DNA of 64,000 bases. Origin: an uncultured Actinomycetota bacterium. Its GTDB lineage: Bacteria; Actinomycetota; Actinomycetes; Actinomycetales; CAWJMD01. The stretch is taken from NCBI GenBank assembly GCA_963700925.1, contig OY969553.1, forward strand, positions 3,417,631 to 3,481,630, given 5' to 3'. The position numbers were made by a program, and so were the translations under genes. The notes below the pieces were generated by a model. It was not told the origin of the DNA, made no database searches, and saw only the letters and a list, made by a program, of their open reading frames with translations. How positions within the stretch are numbered: the first letter of the stretch is position 1; every line of letters starts with the position of its first letter. Shown here piece after piece: positions 60,351 to 64,000 of this stretch.

Positions 60351-60557
60351 GGGACGGGGGTGGAATCGGGGGGGCTCGTGCGCTGTTACCCTTGACCAGC
60401 GACGGCGTTCCTGCCGTCCAACTCCCGCGGGCGAGCTGCCCGCGAGGTCGCTCCTCTGAAACACACCTCGAGCGCAACAGCGCTCCACGGTGGCCTGCCG
60501 CCCCAGGTAGGCCCCGTCCAGGTTGCGGCCGTTCTACCGCAACGGAGTCGTTGTCGA

Positions 60558-62078
60558 ATGCCTCAGCACGCCCAGTACCAGCACGCCCAACGCCCGCAGT
60601 CAGGGTCCCGTCGCCAGCCACGCCGCAGCACGGGCCGTCCGCAGGGTCGCCCACAGGGCCGCTCGCAGCGCCGTCCCTCCGTCGACCCGGCGACCGCCGC
60701 ACTCGACGCAGCGCTGAACGCCGCCGTCGAGAGCCCCGTGATGGGGGACCTCACATTCGCCGAGCTCGGCCTCCCCGACCGGCTCGTCGACGCGCTCGCC
60801 CACGCGGGTATCGAGCGCCCGTTCGCGATCCAAACCCGCACTCTTCCGGACGGTCTCGCCGGACGTGACGTCCTCGGCCGCGCGCAGACCGGGTCAGGCA
60901 AGACGCTCGGTTTCGGCCTGCCGATGCTGGCTCGCCTCGCCGGCGGTCGCCGCACCACCAAGCAGCCCCGTGGCCTCGTGCTGGTTCCTACCCGCGAGCT
61001 CGCCCAGCAGGTCGCCACCGCCCTCGTGCCCCTGGCGCGGAGCCTGTCGCTCAAGGTCAGCACGGTTTACGGCGGTGCCCCCATCGGCCGTCAGATCGCC
61101 GAGCTGGAGCGCGGTGTCGACATCGTCGTCGCCACGCCCGGGCGACTGATCGACCTGATGGAGCGGCGCAGCGCCGACCTCGGACGGGTCGAGATCACCG
61201 TCCTGGACGAGGCTGACTACATGGCCGACCTCGGCTTCATGCCGGCCGTGACGCAGATCCTCGACACCACACCCGAGGGCGGGCAGCGGATGCTGTTCTC
61301 CGCCACGCTCGACCGCGGTGTCGGCCAGCTGGTCACCCGCTACCTCACCGACCCCGCGATCCACGCCGTTGCGGCCGCTGCGTCGCAGATCGACACCATG
61401 GACCATGTGGTGTTCACGGTGAGCGCCCAGGACAAGATCGCCGTGGCCACCGAGGTCGCGCAGCGTCCGGGACGCACCCTGTTCTTCGTCCGCACCAAGT
61501 TCGGCGCCGATCGCCTCGCCCAGCAGATGGGCCGAGATGGCGTGCCCGCCAGCGCGATCCACGGCAACCTGACCCAGGGAGCGCGTCAGCGCGCGCTCGC
61601 CGCGTTCACTGCGGGACACCCCCGGGTCTTGGTCGCCACCGACGTGGCTGCCCGCGGCATCCACGTCGACGACGTCGACCTCGTCGTGCACTTCGACCCC
61701 CCGAACGACCACAAGGACTACCTGCACCGCTCGGGTCGCACCGCCCGTGCCGGCAGCTCCGGCACCGTGGTGTCGCTCGTCCAGCCCGCGCAGCTGCGCG
61801 AGGTCGCCCGGCTGCACCAGGGCGCCAAGGTCAGCGCTCGCACCACGTCGGTGGTGCCTGGTCACGCGGACGTTCGCGAGATCGCCACGTCGGGAACGCC
61901 TGTCGTCGTCCAGCCGATGCCGAAGGAGACTGCGGAGTCACGCCGAGGGCGCTACCCGAGTCGCCAGGGCCGTGGCCAGGGTTCGCGTGGCCAGGGTGGG
62001 CGCCGTCAGGGTGGCTACCAGGGCAGCACCGGGCGCCGGGCCCAGGGCGGTCCGAGCCGCGGAGCGCGCTCGGCCTGA
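60558..62078 (+). CDS. DEAD-box ATP-dependent RNA helicase with basic N- and C-terminal tails
   Basis: Track ORF of 506 aa. Motifs are the Q motif TFAELGL...PFAIQ, AQTGSGKT, VLDEADYM, SAT and HRSGRTARAG. The C-terminal tail is RGG-rich. Confidence 0.9.
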   Translation: MPQHAQYQHAQRPQSGSRRQPRRSTGRPQGRPQGRSQRRPSVDPATAALDAALNAAVESPVMGDLTFAELGLPDRLVDALAHAGIERPFAIQTRTLPDGLAGRDVLGRAQTGSGKTLGFGLPMLARLAGGRRTTKQPRGLVLVPTRELAQQVATALVPLARSLSLKVSTVYGGAPIGRQIAELERGVDIVVATPGRLIDLMERRSADLGRVEITVLDEADYMADLGFMPAVTQILDTTPEGGQRMLFSATLDRGVGQLVTRYLTDPAIHAVAAAASQIDTMDHVVFTVSAQDKIAVATEVAQRPGRTLFFVRTKFGADRLAQQMGRDGVPASAIHGNLTQGARQRALAAFTAGHPRVLVATDVAARGIHVDDVDLVVHFDPPNDHKDYLHRSGRTARAGSSGTVVSLVQPAQLREVARLHQGAKVSARTTSVVPGHADVREIATSGTPVVVQPMPKETAESRRGRYPSRQGRGQGSRGQGGRRQGGYQGSTGRRAQGGPSRGARSA

Positions 62079-62090
62079 CACGCCTCACAG

Positions 62091-62136
62091 AACGACGGAG
62101 GGGCGCGGACCACTCGGTCCGGGCCCCTCTGTCGTT
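62091..62136. terminator. long hairpin between convergent helicase and small membrane protein genes
   Basis: AACGACGGAGGGGC-GCGGACC-ACTC-GGTCCG-GGCCCCTCTGTCGTT, followed by CTTTGG. Confidence 0.6.
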
Positions 62137-62175
62137 CTTTGGCGCGTGGCCGGTCAGGCCAGCGTCACGCCGCCG

Positions 62176-62334
62176 TCAGAACCAGTGCTTGCGGCCACCG
62201 ATGGCGCGCCCGGTCGAGCCGAGCAGGAACAGCACAGCGCCGATCACGACCAGCACGATGCCGATCGTTAACAGGATGCTGAGGCTGTCGACCAGCAGGC
62301 CGATGATGATCAGGATGATGCCCAGGACGATCAT
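62176..62334 (-). CDS. 52-aa two-TM hydrophobic protein
   Basis: Below the track cutoff. AAGGAG lies 6 nt upstream. The sequence is MIVLGIILIIIGLLVDSLSILLTIGIVLVVIGAVLFLLGSTGRAIGGRKHWF*. Confidence 0.65.
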   Translation of the reverse strand: MIVLGIILIIIGLLVDSLSILLTIGIVLVVIGAVLFLLGSTGRAIGGRKHWF

Positions 62335-62450
62335 GAAGACTCCTTGGGATAGGCGGGCGGTACTGCACAGTCCTCCCCGAAGGACGGTCCTGATTGTCGC
62401 GCGGGACAGGGGATAGCGCGCGGCGAAAGACCGTCCGGCATGATCAGCGC

Positions 62451-63105
62451 ATGGCCGACCGCAGCACGACCCGAGACGTGCCCCTGCACGTGAGAGTCGG
62501 CAACCGGCTGCTCGAGGGCGCAGAGACCGTCGTGTACGTGGGAATCGCCGCGCTGTTGCTCCTGACGGCGGGCGGGCTGCTCGTGGGATCGGCCAGGCGA
62601 CTACCCGGCGTCATCGGCGACGGGAAGGGCGAGAGCGAAGCCGTGGCTCTGGAGCTGCTCGACTCGCTCCTGTTGGTGTTCATCGTGGTCGAGCTGCTCT
62701 ACGCGGTCCGCATGACCATCGCGAAGCGCGAGCTGGTGGCGGAGCCGTTCCTCCTGGTCGGCATCATCGCCTCGATCAAGGAGATCGTGGTGCTCTCGGT
62801 CAAGGCCGCCGAGGAGGTCGGCAAGGGCAACGTTTTCGACGACTCGCTGGCCGAGATCGGAGTTCTGGGCGTGCTCGTGCTGCTGCTCGGCGCCACGGCA
62901 TTCATGCTGCGGCGCAAGGAACGTGAACCCGGTGAGGGTGACGACAGCGGCAATCCCTACACCAGTGACAGGGACGCCGTGGCAGACACGTCAGCAGACA
63001 AGTCAGCAGACAAGTCAGAGACCAGACAAGTCATCAGACAAGTCATCAGACAAGTCATCAGACAAGTCAGCAGAGGACGCCGAGACCGAGGACGACCGCG
63101 TGTGA
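62451..63105 (+). pseudogene. PsiE-like (phosphate-starvation-inducible family) membrane protein, frame broken inside a 12-bp tandem repeat
   Basis: From ATG 62451 the frame reads MADRSTT...LDSLLLVFIVVELLYAVRMTIAKRELVAEPFLLVGIIASIKEIVVL... The natural-looking end (...[27 protein letters not shown] with TGA 63103..63105) is in the +1 frame, reached only after the irregular repeat unit at 63014..63029. Confidence 0.55.
62990..63075. repeat. 12-bp tandem repeat GTCA(G/T)CAGACAA, about 7 units, one irregular 16-nt unit
   Basis: The units start at 62990, 63002, 63014 (16 nt, GTCAGAGACCAGACAA), 63030, 63042, 63054 and 63066 (partial). Confidence 0.9.
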
Positions 63106-63989
63106 CAGGGACGCTGAGAGCCTCGCGCGCCGACCTCGGCCTGGCCGGCGCCGTGATGGCGTGGATCGCGATGGTGCTGTGGGTCGACCGCAGCGGGCCG
63201 ATGGCAGAGCAGGTGGCCATGGGCGCACTGACGTGGGGCGTGCTGGCACTGGCGCTGCGCCGGGAGAGCCCGCTCGTGAGGGCCCAGACCCTGGTCGTGG
63301 TGGTGCTGGCGACGGCCGTCGAGTACACGTTCTCCCCTCTGCTGGAGGCGTACACCTACCGGCTCGACACGGTGCCGGCGTACGTGCCGCCCGGTCACGG
63401 CCTCGTGTACCTCGCGGCGATGTCGCTCGGCCGGTCTGACCTCTTCGAGGCTCACCGCAGACGGCTGGTGGCCGCGGCGCTCGTGCTCGGTGGGGGTTGG
63501 GCGCTGTACGGCGTCACACTGGCCGAACGGCCGGATGTGCTCGGAGCGTTCTGGTTCCTGTGCCTGGTCGGGTTCCTGTTCTGGGGACGCTCGCAGCTGC
63601 TGTACGTGGGCGCGTTCGTGGTGGTGAGCTGGCTCGAGCTGCTCGGAACCGCCTGGGGCACATGGTCGTGGGCGCCCTACGACCCGGTCGCCGGCATCGT
63701 GAGTCAGGGCAACCCCCCGTCAGGCGCCGCCGGCGGGTACGGATGGTTCGACCTCTACGCCTTGCTGCTGGCGCCTTTGCTGCTGTCGCGGCTGAGCAGG
63801 CTCAAGGTGGCGGCGTGCAGATGGCCGTTGGTAGCCAAGGCGTTTCCGCCGAAGGGTCCGTCGACGCCGTCCAGCGACGTGAACCTGCCGCCCGCCTCGG
63901 TGACGATCGGCACCAGCGCCGCCATGTCGTGCACAGCCAGCTCTGGCTCGGCGGCGATGTCCACGGCTCCCTCGGCGACGAGCACGTAG
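63102..63989 (+). CDS. hypothetical integral membrane protein
   Basis: GTG 63102 overlaps the +1-frame TGA at 63103..63105 (GTGA). The protein has multiple TM segments ([47 protein letters not shown]...). Its last ~235 nt run antisense through the next gene, so the 3' end is doubtful. Confidence 0.45.
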   Translation: MTGTLRASRADLGLAGAVMAWIAMVLWVDRSGPMAEQVAMGALTWGVLALALRRESPLVRAQTLVVVVLATAVEYTFSPLLEAYTYRLDTVPAYVPPGHGLVYLAAMSLGRSDLFEAHRRRLVAAALVLGGGWALYGVTLAERPDVLGAFWFLCLVGFLFWGRSQLLYVGAFVVVSWLELLGTAWGTWSWAPYDPVAGIVSQGNPPSGAAGGYGWFDLYALLLAPLLLSRLSRLKVAACRWPLVAKAFPPKGPSTPSSDVNLPPASVTIGTSAAMSCTASSGSAAMSTAPSATST

Positions 63990-64000
63990 GACCAGAAGTC
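63755..64000 (-). CDS. inositol monophosphatase family protein (HisN-like), C-terminal part
   Basis: Track ORF 63755..63985. The gene continues past the window end. The sequence reads [40 protein letters not shown]... Confidence 0.7.
   Translation of the reverse strand, partial: DFWSYVLVAEGAVDIAAEPELAVHDMAALVPIVTEAGGRFTSLDGVDGPFGGNALATNGHLHAATLSLLSRDSSKGASSKA

Noticed and set aside
57720-60488. 922-aa minus-strand ORF.
   Set aside because: It is antisense to pnkp, whose kinase, phosphatase and ligase motifs are all intact. The composition is a typical high-GC antisense artefact.
62990-63075. Regularly spaced short repeats, considered as a CRISPR array.
   Set aside because: The units are 12 bp and directly abutting with no spacers, and they lie inside a coding region. 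This is a tandem repeat, not a CRISPR array. The same conclusion applies to 53306..53348 and 50010..50146.
62394-63989. A single 531-aa protein.
   Set aside because: It joins a PsiE-like domain, a repeat read in a changed frame, a second membrane protein and antisense of the next gene. It is better explained as two genes plus a frameshift (see the psiE-like finding).

Overview
The window is very high-GC and looks like an Actinomycetota chromosome, probably Micrococcales-like, judged by gene content and synteny. I cannot name the species from sequence alone. Most long ORFs in the track are Arg/Pro/Gly/Ala-rich antisense shadows of real genes. I kept only frames with recognisable family signatures and re-set many starts, several of which give 4-nt GTGA/ATGA overlaps.

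Content in order:
- **1-16 kb, core block:** ThiF-like protein, DUF5679 zinc ribbon, crotonase, YgjP-like peptidase, Lrp paired with a PLP Cys/Met enzyme, modABC with a MerR-HTH/TOBE regulator, NUDIX, DUF2342 protein, SDR, PDZ-Lon (YlbL-like), PPA1309-like, UPF0182, and initiator tRNA-Met.
- **16.1-24.5 kb, decayed island:** an about 8.4 kb integrative island bounded by a perfect 39-nt repeat of the tRNA 3' part. It carries an IS481-family element, a broken tyrosine integrase, regulator gene fragments, and MOSC, B3/4, XRE-cupin, VOC, ArsR and SRPBCC cargo.
- **24.6-36 kb, accessory-looking block:** a fused E1 alpha/beta TPP enzyme, a GvpU-like and patatin pair, and a co-directional four-gene cassette. 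The cassette is a SARP/NB-ARC/TPR regulator, an FAD-monooxygenase/DinB fusion, a methyltransferase and a small repeat-containing membrane protein. A CA-rich box recurs in every spacer of the cassette.
- **38.6-41.2 kb:** a YciI, ECF42-type sigma and DUF998 unit with a duplicated 60-nt promoter/leader motif.
- **41.3-52.3 kb:** recCBD, followed by a DUF222/HNH (REP13E12-like) element flanked by duplicated copies of the recD 3' end.
- **52.5-64 kb:** drrAB-like ABC exporter with TetR, csoR-copZ-DUF4396, the hen1-pnkp RNA repair pair, a DEAD-box helicase, and a psiE-like gene frameshifted inside a 12-bp tandem repeat.

No CRISPR array, rRNA or convincing riboswitch was seen. All family assignments come from motif recognition by eye, not from database searches.
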